A stretch of DNA of 62,995 nt, the filler included, from Hydrolagus affinis (Eukaryota): NCBI GenBank assembly GCA_012026655.1. It is 4 parts of 4 records of this genome, joined end to end, with 100 filler letters (N's around TTAATTAATTAA, not from the genome) between each part and the next. Parts side by side here need not be neighbours in the genome. Positions count along the whole stretch, not along the records: positions 35,930 to 52,226 come from JAAILG010016978.1; 3 more parts are not named here. The stretch is one strand, 5' to 3'. This document shows positions 36,001-49,101 of this stretch, piece by piece. A model generated the notes under the pieces. It made no database searches and was not told the origin of the DNA. It saw only the letters and a list, made by a program, of their open reading frames with translations. The position numbers and the translations under genes are program-made. Position 1 is the stretch's first letter, and each line of letters starts with the position of its first letter.

Positions 36001-37761
36001 ACGTCCTCCCGACGTGAAAGGCGCTCTATAAATGTAATTTGTTGTTGTTGTTGTTGTAACTTGTTTTTGTTCTTGGATAGATAAGTGTAAGATACTCACA
36101 TAAAATACAAACAGGAAAATAGCAAAATTAAAAATTAGTTGACATTTTGAAACACGACCTCACGGTATGTGTCTGACTCCTTTGTGCAAGGCGAACATTT
36201 AGTCACGAAACAAACCAACATATCAAATTCAGCTAATATTTTATTGAAAGCAATTTGAGATAATTGATATGAAAAGTAATTCTCAAAAAAGTGATACAAC
36301 ATGTTTTTCTCGTTGTCAGAAATTATTCCAAAGTATTCAATAATTCAATTAACAATTACATTTATATAGCGCCTTTCACGACAGGAGGATGTCCCGATGC
36401 AGAAATACACAGTACAGAGATTTGACGTAATTTAAGTTTGTCTCTTGAAACCTTGCATTTTTTTTTTGAAAAGCTACATTTCTATTCATAACTTTACAAA
36501 TGCAAAATCTCATCAATTACCATTAATTTCATGCTGTTGGTAAAACTCTGCCGTGCAGAAATTAGTGCCCACATTTGCCTACAATATAGTTCGTCAGTGT
36601 GTGTCTCATTAATTTCCTTTGAAATGCTTCAATGTAATTATGCAATATAACAGATTAAAGGATATTATTATGGTTGATGACAGCAATAACTGTAACAATA
36701 ACAATAATGCACAGATGAATTTGAGGTTTTTCTTTTTCTTTTCATATATAACACACATGGTTTTCTTCTCATGCGCTTAGATGTAAACTGTACATTCCCT
36801 TGATTCTTCAGTTGTACTGCGAACGGACATCTGCCTCTTCTTTCTTATACGATCTATAACAGAATATAATTATGAATATTGGTGAATTATTAATTATGTT
36901 ATTGACTTCACTATTCACAACTTTTGACATAATAGTGGTCTTTTATGTGACATCTGTTTGCAAATTCTGTTTGTAATGGATTACGCGAGAAATAGAAAAA
37001 TCTGTTTCTCGTATAATCCGTCCCCAAAAAATTAATTGATCATTTCAATCCATGACTGTTTTTGAGACACTGCTATGCACAATTGGCTGCCGCATTTCTC
37101 CCACAAATATATACATCAATTCACTTTACAGTATATTCTGTGAAGCGCTTTGAGACATCTAGAAGACGTGAAAAGAGCTATATCAAATGCAAGGATTATT
37201 ATTATTATAATTTGCCAAGCATCCTTCACCCAAATGTGGAAGCATCAATTTGTTACCCCATTTTATTCACGTTGTTTAAAACCAACTATAATGCAATTCA
37301 CTTTACAAACTTGCTCAAATTGTAGGAAAGAAAGATTATTCCACTACCGCATCAACATACAGTATTAAAATTTTGGTGGGGAGTAATTTTAGGTAAGTTT
37401 CTTTACTCTACATGCCTCTGTTGCGCCACAGCAAGTTGGAACCCAGTCGTTAGACAATTAGCAGATTCTTTTTTGGAGTAATAATCCCTAAAAAGATGGT
37501 CACGACTACTTGTAGAGCACTGCTGAGTTTCAATTGACCACCACATTTTGACCGCAAAATATACAGTCAGTTTGCTTTACACTAATGATAATAATGTGAA
37601 GTGCTTTGAGACGTCTCAATTGCATCATATAACACTCTATCAAATGCAAGGATTATTATTATTATATTTAAATAATGTAAAAATATATTTCAGCTTGTTT
37701 GTTCAGCACCACAAACAATTTAATATTAAAACAACATCATTCTCAAAAAGCAATAAATATT

Positions 37762-40700
37762 TTACCTTTGAACGGGATGAATTCTGAAATGGTCCACAAC
37801 AATGATGGTCAAGAGTAGTATTACCAACACACTCCATGTAAACCTGGTAATTATAGTATAGGATTTTCCATCAGAACCTATGAAGTAATAATAATAATCA
37901 TAAATAAAAACAGAACCACGAGTCTGTGTGCTCTTGGTGATGCTCAGCTGAAATGAAATTAATTGGTTTAGACTGAACAAAAAAATCAACAACACCCAAG
38001 CCGTGGGGGGGGGGGGTGGGGGGAAGGGGGGGTGGAGGGTCGGGGCAGGGGGAAGGAGAGGGGGAAGAGTTAGTGGGAGAGCCGTAGGTGTCGTAGAAGA
38101 GACCGACCTTGAAGGAGGAAAGCGAGGAAGCGAGGCAGAGGGGCTGTGGGATGGAGTTCCATAGTGTGGGAGCAGAGAGGCTGAAAGTCCGGCCGCCGAT
38201 GGTTGGGCGGTTAGGGTGATGGATGCGGAGCAGGCCAGGAAGAGTGGCACACCATTATATACCAAGTCAAACACCACTGGATTCTAAGAGATTGATAGAT
38301 TGATAGATTTCTAATGGATAGAGGGATTAAGTGATATGGGGATAAGGTGGGCAGATGGAGTTAGATTACAAAATAAACCATGAATTTATTGAATGGTGGG
38401 ACACCTTAAGCGGCCGAATTGCCGACACCTGCTTCTAATTCCTATGTTCCGAATAGAGATTAAATGTCAAGTCAATTATTATTAATCTTTGCACTTGTTA
38501 TAGCGTCTTTCAGACATCTCCTAGGGCTTCACAGAATGGACTGATAGTGAACTGATTGTATATTTTGTAAGCGAAATGCTGCAGCCAATTGTGCACAGCA
38601 GTGTTCCACAAACAGTCATGCATCGCGTGACCAAATTTGTTTTGAGGGATTATCACTTCAGGAAAAGTGATCCACTAATTGAATAACAACCAGATTCCTA
38701 ACTACTGCTACATAATCAGAGGCGTGTCGAGTAAAGAAACTTGGCAAATGTAAATTATTTGGAAAAGAGAAAGACAACTGAATTTTACATTACACCAGAT
38801 GCTGCTGAAACCCGCTTCCACATCTTTTGCATTGACCACAAACACACTCCTTATTGATCCACCCAGTTCCACAATGCACAAGTCCAATTCATCCAAATCT
38901 GGGCTACTCATTTCCTCACATTTCCAAAACCTGCACGCTGATGATCCTGGTCTCCTTCTTAACTCCGAAGATATAGAATTCAGAATCTTCAGCCTCATGT
39001 ACAAATCCCTTAATACCCGGGCAGCCCCCAACCTCTCTGACCTAATGGCATCCCCTTTACACAGATGGCATAGGCAAGCCTGGGGAAAGTCCAATGACCA
39101 TAATCATTGGCTGTGCTTTCAGTGCTGTGACTCTAATCTTTGCAAATCACTGCCTTAATCCTTCCACTTTGCCACCTTTCTAATTATTTTTAATACCTCT
39201 TTAACAATTCCCCCTTTGGAGGCAGCTATGATCACCCTCAGCTTCCGAGCCCCTTACTGTGCAGCGTCCCATACACTGCCCTGTATGAAGAGTGCAATAT
39301 ATATGAGGTTAGAACACTCGCCTTACAAGCATGAGACCTGTGTTCGAATCCAGGCAGATCAGGGCGAAACCTTGGGCAATTTTCCTTACTCCACATGCCT
39401 AATAATAATCCATCCAAAAAACCCACAATAAGAAAATTGCTCATTTCAATCCATGACTGTTTGTGCAATATTGCCGTGTGCAATCGGCTGCAGCATTTTG
39501 CCCACAAATATACAGTCAATTCACTTCACAGTATATTCTGTGAGGCGTTTTGAGATGTTGATATGTTGTCAAAAGCACTATATCAAAAGCAAGGATTATT
39601 ATACTATAATGTATATAATGTACTATATATTATTTTAATTATTATATACATATGAAAGTGTATTCGCAGTTGACTTCTCATAGCATTTTTCTACAGGAAA
39701 ACTGTGAGCATGGGTCAAAATGCTCAATTTAGGAGAAATTAATGTGAAGACACACAATCCACTTTAAAATATATTATGCAAAGCATTTTGAGATGTATCA
39801 ATGATATAATACATTGTTTTATCAAAGGGAAGGACACTGAAGATTATTATTATCATCATTCTAAACTGATAGCTGGACGCATCCATGGAGTAATCTCTGG
39901 ATCTCATTCCCATTTCGGTGAAAATGAGCAATCAAATCCGGACACACCAATACAATAGAAACAATGTTTGGGAATTACATCACCTCATACACATGCAAGA
40001 AATATAATCAGATAATAGGAGCGTGTGAAACTATTAACATTAATTGACAATCAGATGGTTGGCATCCTACCTGGGTCAGAGAACTGAACTTTGTAGTTGG
40101 CAATTTCTGGAATCTGAAGGCTGATGTGTGAAACCTGACAGGTATAAACAACCCCACTTTGGACAGGCTTGTTCTCTTCCACAAAGCTTGAAGCTTCATA
40201 CAATCCCTCTGTATTCTGCTGTTTCGAGATATTTAATCCAGATGTAATTTTAGTGCCATTTTTATACCAAGTAAGGTTAAGATTCTCTGGATAATATGCA
40301 GTGGTTTCACACACAAGAGTCAGAGTGTTTTGCAAACCTATTTTAGGAATTTTGGAGAAAATCTTCAGTGGAGTTGGAGGAACTGTAGAGCAAACAGTAC
40401 AGCAAAATTACAAAATTTACATCTGTTAGTGGAGATAAAATTGCATTACAATATGCATACTATTCCTTTCACAGAATTTTGATATTGGTTTATTATTATT
40501 TGCTTAACATTTAAAGAAATAGTTAGTTCTAAGTTTGATTTGTTTCCCATCGATAACAACTATAAAGTTATTTTGGGAAAGAGCCATTGTCACTACAGTT
40601 CCCCCCACCCACCCCCAAATAAACAGATACACTAAAAAGAAAGCACACATTTTCATTGAATATCTCAATCTCCACTAAATAAAATATTATTTTCCAAAAT

Positions 40701-42737
40701 TCCGATGGCATCTTCACATTATACAAATTTGATCTTGTATTTTTTTTCTATACATGGAACAATAAAAAAATGGATTGTTCTAGAGTTACGGAGTGAAATT
40801 CCGGAGAAGAATATAATTTTCGAGCCATATAGTCACAACAGCAATGTAGCCAATGTTGATATATTCTATTGTTTTTCTCCTCAGAAAGATGAACAAATAG
40901 TTAAGTATAATACTCTATTTAACTAAGTGTATTTAATTGTTTACTGGAATTGCATTTAGTGCAAATTTGAGTTTTAAATTGCCTAAATCTTAAAAACCAA
41001 ATTTAAAATCTTTATATTTGTTATAGGGCCTTCTAATTCGAAATGCCTCAAATGCACAACTAGCATTTTGAATGTGTAATTTTATCTGGAGACAAAATTG
41101 TAGGTTATTAATGAGCACATCGAGAAACTCGTCTATTTTTGAAAAGTGTAATTTTGTTAATGTCGATCCCATCCATCTGACTGGATATTGATCGTGTCTG
41201 AATGAAGGCACTTCTGGTAATCCAATACTCCCCAATACTTGAGATGTCTAGAAGACATGAAAAGCGCTATACCAAATGCAAGGAATATTATTAGTATTAT
41301 TATTATTCCTAGTTAATACTCCAGCAAGTGCTTTTCAAACATGATGAGCATGCAAGATTCAGTTATTTAGTAAAGCTTTTTTTAAAGAAAATTTTTGATG
41401 AGCCAGCAGTCTGATATGTACTTAAGAGTATCTAAACCAAACCATGTATCTCACCCACACATGGAAATTCCCATTTATTGGAATGTAATACACTGCCTTC
41501 CCAAATAGACCCATCCTGTTCCTATGTCGACCATTGGTGGCCTCGAGGCTCTGGAACTCCCTTCCTCACTCCCTTCACCTCACCCATCTCTTCCTACCTT
41601 CAGATCTCGGGAAGACCTTTCTTTTCGACCACTGGCTCGGCCCCAAGACCTGTTATTGTGAAGTGCTCTGAGATGCCACCCAGCGTGGAGGGATCAATCC
41701 AAGTTTTTATTGTTACTGTTGGGTTAGTAATTCCACAGGGTATTACGCACATGCTGGCAAAAGCCAAGGCTTGGGGACCCCAGAGTGCTTGTTGGGGTAC
41801 TGTTGGCATCTAAACAGATAATACCCCATCGCTCGCCACTGTCTCCGAAGGTTTCTCACTGTTGTCCATCGAGTACAACTGTAACCATTAGGGCTTTGAC
41901 TTGTAGGTTTAATAGAAGCTGAGTGGGAACCATCCCTAACACTAGAGACTCGACCTGTTGATCAGTCAGGCTGGCTGGGCTGTCACCAGAAGTGCTTTGG
42001 AGTATTGCAAACCTGCCTGGCTCAGGATCATATTACCTCAACCACTGCAGAGAGTTTACTTGTTTCAGACTTTGTATTGCAAGCTTGTTACCCTGGAACT
42101 AAGTCAGCTCCAAGCAGATCCCACCTCCCCCCAAGAGGTACATTTTGAAGGAAAACACTGTGAAACACCCAATTCATATTCTTAAAATGATAAAAAAAAA
42201 TATTCTTCATCCATAACTTTTGGCACCATATCTAATTTGGAATATTCCATACCTACCGCATACAACCAGATGTGATCCAGGTCCACTGGCCACTAATTTT
42301 CCCTCAATCATGAGGGCACACTGATACACACCAGAGTCCTGGAGACTCACATTTAGGAGCTTAAAGAAGCTGCTTTGTTTGCTGTCAAACCCAAACAGTT
42401 TTCTTTTATCCGGCTTCGTATGCAGGTATCCATTGTCTTCCTGCTTCCACCAATACACTTTTTTACGCAGGTTGGGTTGAGTGTCAGGAAACATGCAGTG
42501 AAAGGTAACGTTAGTGCCTCTAATTGCCTCCACATGGTCGGGGAGTTGGGTCACTCTGGTCATTGTACCGTCAACAACTATCAGAAATAATTTCAAATGC
42601 TAATTAGAAAGAGAATAAAAAGTATAAATTTATGTAATTTAGTTCCTTTTTGGGCAAATTGGCATATAGAAGGAATACTCACCTGTGGATATAATCCCGA
42701 TCAGATATACACACTGAAACACATAACTCGCCAACAT
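37762..42737 (-). CDS. non-rearranging IgSF receptor gene A: leader-VJ-C1-TM(Arg)-short tail
   Basis: Exons with GT-AG and phase-1 junctions: leader 42737-42683, VJ 42577-42257 (ends SGPGSHLVVC), C1 40382-40071 (LVCETTAYYPENLNLTWYKNG...YTCQVSH), TM 37877-37762 (GSDGKSYTIITRFTWSVLVILLLTIIVVDHFRIHPVQR*). A possible extra tail exon 36853-36808 would add SYKKEEADVRSQYN*. Confidence 0.8.
39295..39602 (+). mobile_element. tRNA-headed Deu-core SINE
   Basis: Head GGTTAGAACACTCGCC...GTTCGAATCC, core and tail; lies in the C1-TM intron of gene A. Confidence 0.7.
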
Positions 42738-42829
42738 TCTCATCACGTGTTGAGACTAAAGATGAAGCTATTATTATTCAGTAGTAAGTAATTGTAGTTG
42801 TTTAAGATTTTATATATAAGGCAATGATG

Positions 42830-42870
42830 ACTGACTTCCTGTCTCTGTCAGTTTAGATGATTGGTTGAGT
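42830..42870 (-). promoter_or_regulatory. putative promoter of gene A (Ets motif)
   Basis: CTGACTTCCT (AGGAAGT on the minus strand) about 100 bp upstream of the ATG; also present upstream of gene B at about 51530-51560. Confidence 0.35.
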
Positions 42871-43049
42871 GTTCAATGGGATTTGCAACAGCATTTGTCC
42901 ACGTAAAAGTTATTATTATATCTCGTCAGTTTTTTTGATGGACATCAAAGCCTGGATGAACGCAACGTCCCAACAGTTGAACAACAGAATTAAATATGTA
43001 GGAGGGCAGCTGCAGATACGATTGAAGAGTAGGGTCTTGAGTCTAGCCA

Positions 43050-44050
43050 TGAATGAGGCAAGGGAGGGAGTAAGGTGAAGGTATTATGGCATGGAGTTGC
43101 AAAGGGTAGAGTCAGAGAGGCTAAAAGCCCAGCCACCAATCATAGGGCTGGTCAGACAGGAGATATGCAGCAGTTAGGGGCCTATTGAATGGACAGAGCA
43201 GGCAGGTTGATAAGGGATCATCTGGTTAGAGTGGTAAGGGTGGTCATGGGAATGGAGAGCCTTGTAGATGAGGAAGAGGATTTTGAATTCTATCCTTTGA
43301 GGGGTGGGGAGCCAGTGGAGCTGGGCAAGTGTGAGGTTTAGGGTGATCTGTAGCTTGTGAAGGGAAGAATTGAGGAGGCCAGCAAGGAGGGAGATGCCAT
43401 AGTCAGGCTTTGAGGTTACAAAGGCATGTGTGACAGTTTTGTTGGCCTAAGAGGTGAGGCAGTGACTGACTAGGACAGAGATGGTGGAATACAGAGCTGA
43501 TATGGGGGAGAAAGAACAGTTCAGGGTCAAAGAAGACACCTAAGGTTTCTAATTGGATTGGTGAGATGGAGTGTGCATCCATGGATGTTGATGCTGCCAG
43601 TAAATGAGGTGCAGATGCACTGGCATGAGCCAATCAGGAGGGCCTAGATTTTTCTGACATTCAACTGTAGAAAGTTATCTCTCATCCATTACTTGATGTC
43701 TGACAGCCAATCTGTCAGGACTCCAGTTTTCCTGGAATAAAGGATGGAGGCAGGGATAGAGTTAGGTGTCATCCACGTACATGTGGGTATTGATCCCATG
43801 TCTGCTGATGGTGTCACCAAGGGGATCATGTAGAGGTTGAAGAAGATAGGACCAAGGACAAGCCCTGTGCAACAGCACATGTGTTGGTTTGGGAGCTGGA
43901 AGAGAAACTGTTAGTGGAAACAAATTGGAGATGGTGTGAGATAAGACCGGAAAGAGTCAAGGACCGAACCTTGAAGGTTGAGGTGAGAGGAGAGGTAGTG
44001 GAGGAGGATTGAATGTTCCACGGTGTCAAAAAGTGAGATTCTTGGGGTAA
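43050..44050 (-). mobile_element. degenerate L2 LINE fragments
   Basis: RT-like remnants (GLVLGPIFFNLYMIPL; LETLGVFFDPEL) with frameshifts. Confidence 0.6.
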
Positions 44051-45314
44051 TATGCTCGTGTTTGACACAGGAAAGTCAGAGACGCAAATGGGTTGCATTT
44101 AGGAAGTGTAGGGAAAATCATCAACTGTATTGGTGGAACTGTAGATCAGATCACTGAGCAGAATTACATAACTTCTGTGCAAATTGTTTTTCTTTTCAGC
44201 TCCCACAATTCATTTAATCATAATGTTCCACTCAAATCTGTTATGCACATGTAAATGGTAGCAAAAGGAAGTTTAGCTGCATATTATTTGTGTGATATAT
44301 AGTCTTATAGTTGGAATGGAATTGGAGATGGAAACTCAGGACAAGAAAATAGATTTTGAACTGTGTCACAACACAGCTGAGAAAGTCCTTTATATTCCTC
44401 CTCAGCAGACTGGAGAAATGGTTTGTTGCTGAAGTAGTATTTAGTGAAATAATTATTTCTTTGGAATGGTTTAATGTTTTACTGGGGGAAGGTGGGTGAC
44501 ATGTAATTTCTGACAAATAATTTGCAGTGGTAATGACCATGGTTATAGAAACAGAAATGTATCATGATAAAATATTTAGGAGTTTGTGGCAATTCAAAAA
44601 CTTAATTTTCTTCATTAAGTTGACCTGCAATGTTCTTATTTAATTTATGAGGAGAGACACTTCAGTATAATCATAGAAACTCTTTCAGCAATCAATAGAA
44701 TCACTACATAGTGAGTAACACCAAATATATTAACTGCGAATAGAAGGACATAGGTCAATAAATCGTATTCTATATTTAATCACATTCAGTGAGAAGCTTG
44801 CAGTGGAACTATATACGTCACTGGCAAGCGTAGCAAAAATAACAGCCTTTGAAAATTTTGCTACTTCCGTTTCAGTGTGTTTAAGCAGATACACGACCAT
44901 TGGAACGCCCACTGTTTAACCTTATCACGGATTGCATCTGATTGTGGTAACAAACTCTCAAAGTAACACATGAGACATAGCAGTTTGTTACTATTCTAGA
45001 GATGAAGTGTTTGAAAGCGCAAAATGTGTTTTATGAATTCTGATCGTGTTTTGGATGAGACGTTAAACCGAGGTCCTGTCTGCCTGTTCAAGTGGACCCT
45101 AAAGATTTCAAGGCACTATTGGAAAAGAGAAGAGAGATTCTCCCAGTGTACTGACCAACATTTCCCCAAATAGAATTGGTCACTCACTACATGACTGTTT
45201 ATGGGACTTTGTTGAGCCCAGATTGTCTACTGATTTTACCCACAGAATACAGCCACACTTACTGTGAAGTGTTTACTGTCTGGACAATGTGATCAGGCAA
45301 TAACTGCATGCTCC

Positions 45315-45632
45315 TGCAGCTTAATGGTTAGAGCACTCGCCTTACAAGCGTGAGACCTGTGTTTCAAAACCAGGCAAATCAGGGCAACACCTTGGGCAAG
45401 TTTCCTTACTCAAAATGCTAACAATAATCCATCCAAAAAAAACCACAATAATAAAATAAGTTTGTGGGATTGCTGTGCCCAATTGGCTCCGGCATTTCGC
45501 CCACAAATATATCAATTCACTTTACAGTATATTCTGTGAAGCGCTTTGAGATGTGTTTCATATTCTGTGAAAAGCGCTATATCAAATGCAAGGTTTCTTA
45601 TTATAACTACATCAAATGCAAGGATTATTATT
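45315..45632 (+). mobile_element. tRNA-headed Deu-core SINE
   Basis: Full-length copy between genes A and B. Confidence 0.7.
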
Positions 45633-47032
45633 CCTTATGAAATGGTTGTTTGAAAAAATGCACCATTACACCCATCTCTTTTAAATAGATTACATAGTTT
45701 TATTGGTATTTGTGTGGTGCTTTATCAGTTATTTTTGGTTAAAGTATTCATGGTTACATTTAGAGACATTGTAATGTTAGGATTAAACATGACACTTTTT
45801 TTTAAGCAATGAAGCAGTGTAATATTGCCATGATCAGCAATATATACTTCCTTTTTTAAAAATAAAACCCAGCAGACACAACAATTTGGGAGGAGGGAGT
45901 ACCTCAATGAAGGTGTGGGGAGTAGATGATGAAATATGCGATGAAAGAGGAAGTCTTAAAATGGACCTTAAATGAGGCGAGGGAAGGCACAAGGCAAATG
46001 GTTTTCCAGTGAGAGTTCCAGAGAGGGGGAGCAGATAGGCTGAAATCCTGACTATCAAAAGTGTGACAGGGAACGTGGAACAGGTCAGTGCTCACTGAGC
46101 AGCGGGCAGGGTGGATATTTAGGGTTGACGAAGGTTGCAGAGGTATGGTGTGCAAGATGGTGGCGAGATTTAAAATTGAGGACAAGTATCTGGAACTCTT
46201 CTGAAGGATGGAGGCCACGCAAGAATGGACAAAAAAAGTAATGATGCAAATAACTATAGGTCTGTTTGAGATACGATATCAGATTAGCAAAAACAGGCCT
46301 GATATGCTATGCATAACGCAACAGTACCAACATAGATACATTTGCTTCTGTCCCCATTGTACCATTATGCTACTGTTGGTTCCTTGTAGTTGGTTGGTTC
46401 CGCGACTCTATGCTTTCTCACGTGTATCTGGGCATATTCTGTTTTACTATCACTGCATTCAGGATTTCTCTTTCCCTTTGTTTTGGAGCCAGACAAGTCC
46501 AAACTTGCATACGTCAGCATGTTACCGTCTGCCACTTGTTTGGTCTGTGAAGGGAATGGTTGAGATTCCAGTTACTAACTCATTTTATCAGCATGTAGAA
46601 ATCTTCAAATCTTCAAAAGTAACTATTTGACCCTGTTGTGCATCCAGTAAAGAACCACCCAATGCTAAACTCAGACTCATGAAGCCAGAGTTCACAGTCG
46701 ACGGTCTCCGTTCTATGATACATCCAACTAGATGTGATATCTCTTAGTTTGTGCAGTGCTAATTGACTGATGGGAAACAGTTATTAATATCACTGTAGGC
46801 ATGTTCTATTGGTGATATCACATATTTTGCCTATTTGGACTACTTGGACACTACCCTGCAAATGTACCAGAGTCCAGACAAGCGGCTGAGGAGAGGATGA
46901 AATATAGTAGGAGGAAAAGCTATCGTATTACACAAACAACATTATCCTAAAAAATAAATGTTAGTTCAATTTTACTTGATATCACCAGATATCATATTAG
47001 TTATAAAGAATCTATATCACAATTTTATGTAC

Positions 47033-49068
47033 CTTGGCACCTACTGCCACTTTCCCTGGATGTCTTTTCAAATCAGGTGGGACATATTCCACCGTCTCAT
47101 ACGTCTCTTCATGGATTTTCTGTAAAACACAAGGTGTGGTTATTTGGTTGGTCCTGGTCTTTACTTGTCTCCGCTGCTGGTTAAGCAATACAGCATCTGA
47201 ATATTAATTTGGAAACTTGACTTGTTTTGCAATCTGTGTGGAGGCCGGCTAAATGCAGTGAATCTGTAATAGAGACCCAGATACAGGTATCTGTTCATCT
47301 CTCATCAAACCTCACATTCACGTACACCTGAAAATAGTCAAGGAAGAGTCTCGCACCAGGAGAGCTGCCTCAAAATACAGCTAATATTTTCAGAAGCCAT
47401 TATAAACACAATGCTCATGCCTGCTATTAAACATTGTATAATAAAATCACATCTGTGCAATGTACAACTTCTATATAAATCAAAGTTGTTGCTGTTGTTG
47501 TTATATACATCACGGCTCTTATGCCATGTAATAGAAATAAACGTCAGCTGCCATGTTTCAAATATTTAACATACAACTTGCACTGTTTTACGTAGATTTA
47601 TGCAACAGTGCTTCATTACACCTCATACCATATACTAAGCAGATGGATAGCTTACAGAAAACATTGGAATGACACAGTGAAGGGGGGCAATAATTAGAAG
47701 TAATGGAAGCGGGTAAATGAGGCATTCAACGTTAACAATGGTGAGAATATCATTACAACACAAATCTTATTCCATTGTAACATGGAAACATCTTCTCAAA
47801 TTAATTCTGTGCTTTACCTGCTTTCCACAAACGTCACACCCATTCAGCTTTCTGTGCGAGCCTGAAACGAAAACAATTCAAAAAGTGAAATGTACTGAAT
47901 TTTCATATTATCTTATACGCCCATGAAAATGGGTGAGCGAACTAAAACTGTTTGCCTACCCAATAGCTTTCTGCTACGATTTATAAAATATAAAAGCTTA
48001 CTATTGCAGGATAAGGGCAGCAACAATCTTCCTTTACTGTTAACTGTACAATAAAAAGAGATGGTGGGAAAGCATTAGGCTCAGTTTAGCCAGATTGGAG
48101 ACTTGGGAACTGCATAGATTGTCTTGGAATATTACTGGCAAAGATTTGCACCTGCCTTACTCAAAACTAAATTGCTGAATCTAGGTCCTCATGCAGGTTT
48201 TCAAATCCATTCACTCTCTGGCACCTCCCTACCTCTCCGACCTCCACACTCCGCAGTCCACCACCCAGTGCTTCTTCTTGATTGGCACCGGGCCCCTGTT
48301 CACCATCGCACCCAGTGTCCCACCATCACAGGTCACACTTTCAGCCACTATACCCCAAATCTCTGGAACACACTCCCTCACTTCCTCCACCTTGCCTGAA
48401 AACCTTCCTCCCACCCCCCAACCCCACCATCCTGTAGCCCCCTATACTGACATTTCAACCAATACATATAGATATGATAAGACTTGAGACATTTGTTGTC
48501 CAGAGTAAACTTCTGCTGTAAACGAACATCTAATTAAATTACCAGTTTGGTGTTCGCAACATAAATTTCAGTGGTATAAAAGTATCACATTGCTTTATTT
48601 TTTATCCTTTCAACCACATTAATAGCCGTGCCACCCAGGGACCTGTTAAGTTACTCATGGAAGTATTACGTTAAAAGAAAAAGAAAATTAAAGCCTAATT
48701 AAAACCTAAATGTATCTTACCTTTCCTTTTTGTTAATCGCCATGACATTACAATGATTAAAAGTACGAGAAATGTCAATCCTGCACATCCAGATATTAGT
48801 ATTTGATAGACTTCAATATTATTTCCTATTCCAATAATAATACAAACAAAAAGGTAAAACAGTATTAGTTCATTCCATTTAGTGTTGTAAACAGAATATG
48901 CCAATGATTGTGAAAGACTGTACAAATGTAATTTATTGTTAATGATGCACTACATAATGGTAAATACTAATAATTCTTGAATATCATGGCTTTCACATAG
49001 AGAGCAAGTCTTACAATGCTTCACAGGATGTATTGCATAGAGCATTTGATAGAAAAACATGCAGATAT

Positions 49069-49101
<33 letters not shown>

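Noticed and set aside
39880-39985. candidate exon just after the gene A C1 exon
   Set aside because: No hydrophobic TM stretch in the phase-1 frame; 37877-37762 is a much better TM exon.
47120-47164. 45-nt GT-AG mini-intron in the gene B tail
   Set aside because: Very short for a vertebrate intron and open in frame; treated as part of one exon pending cDNA.
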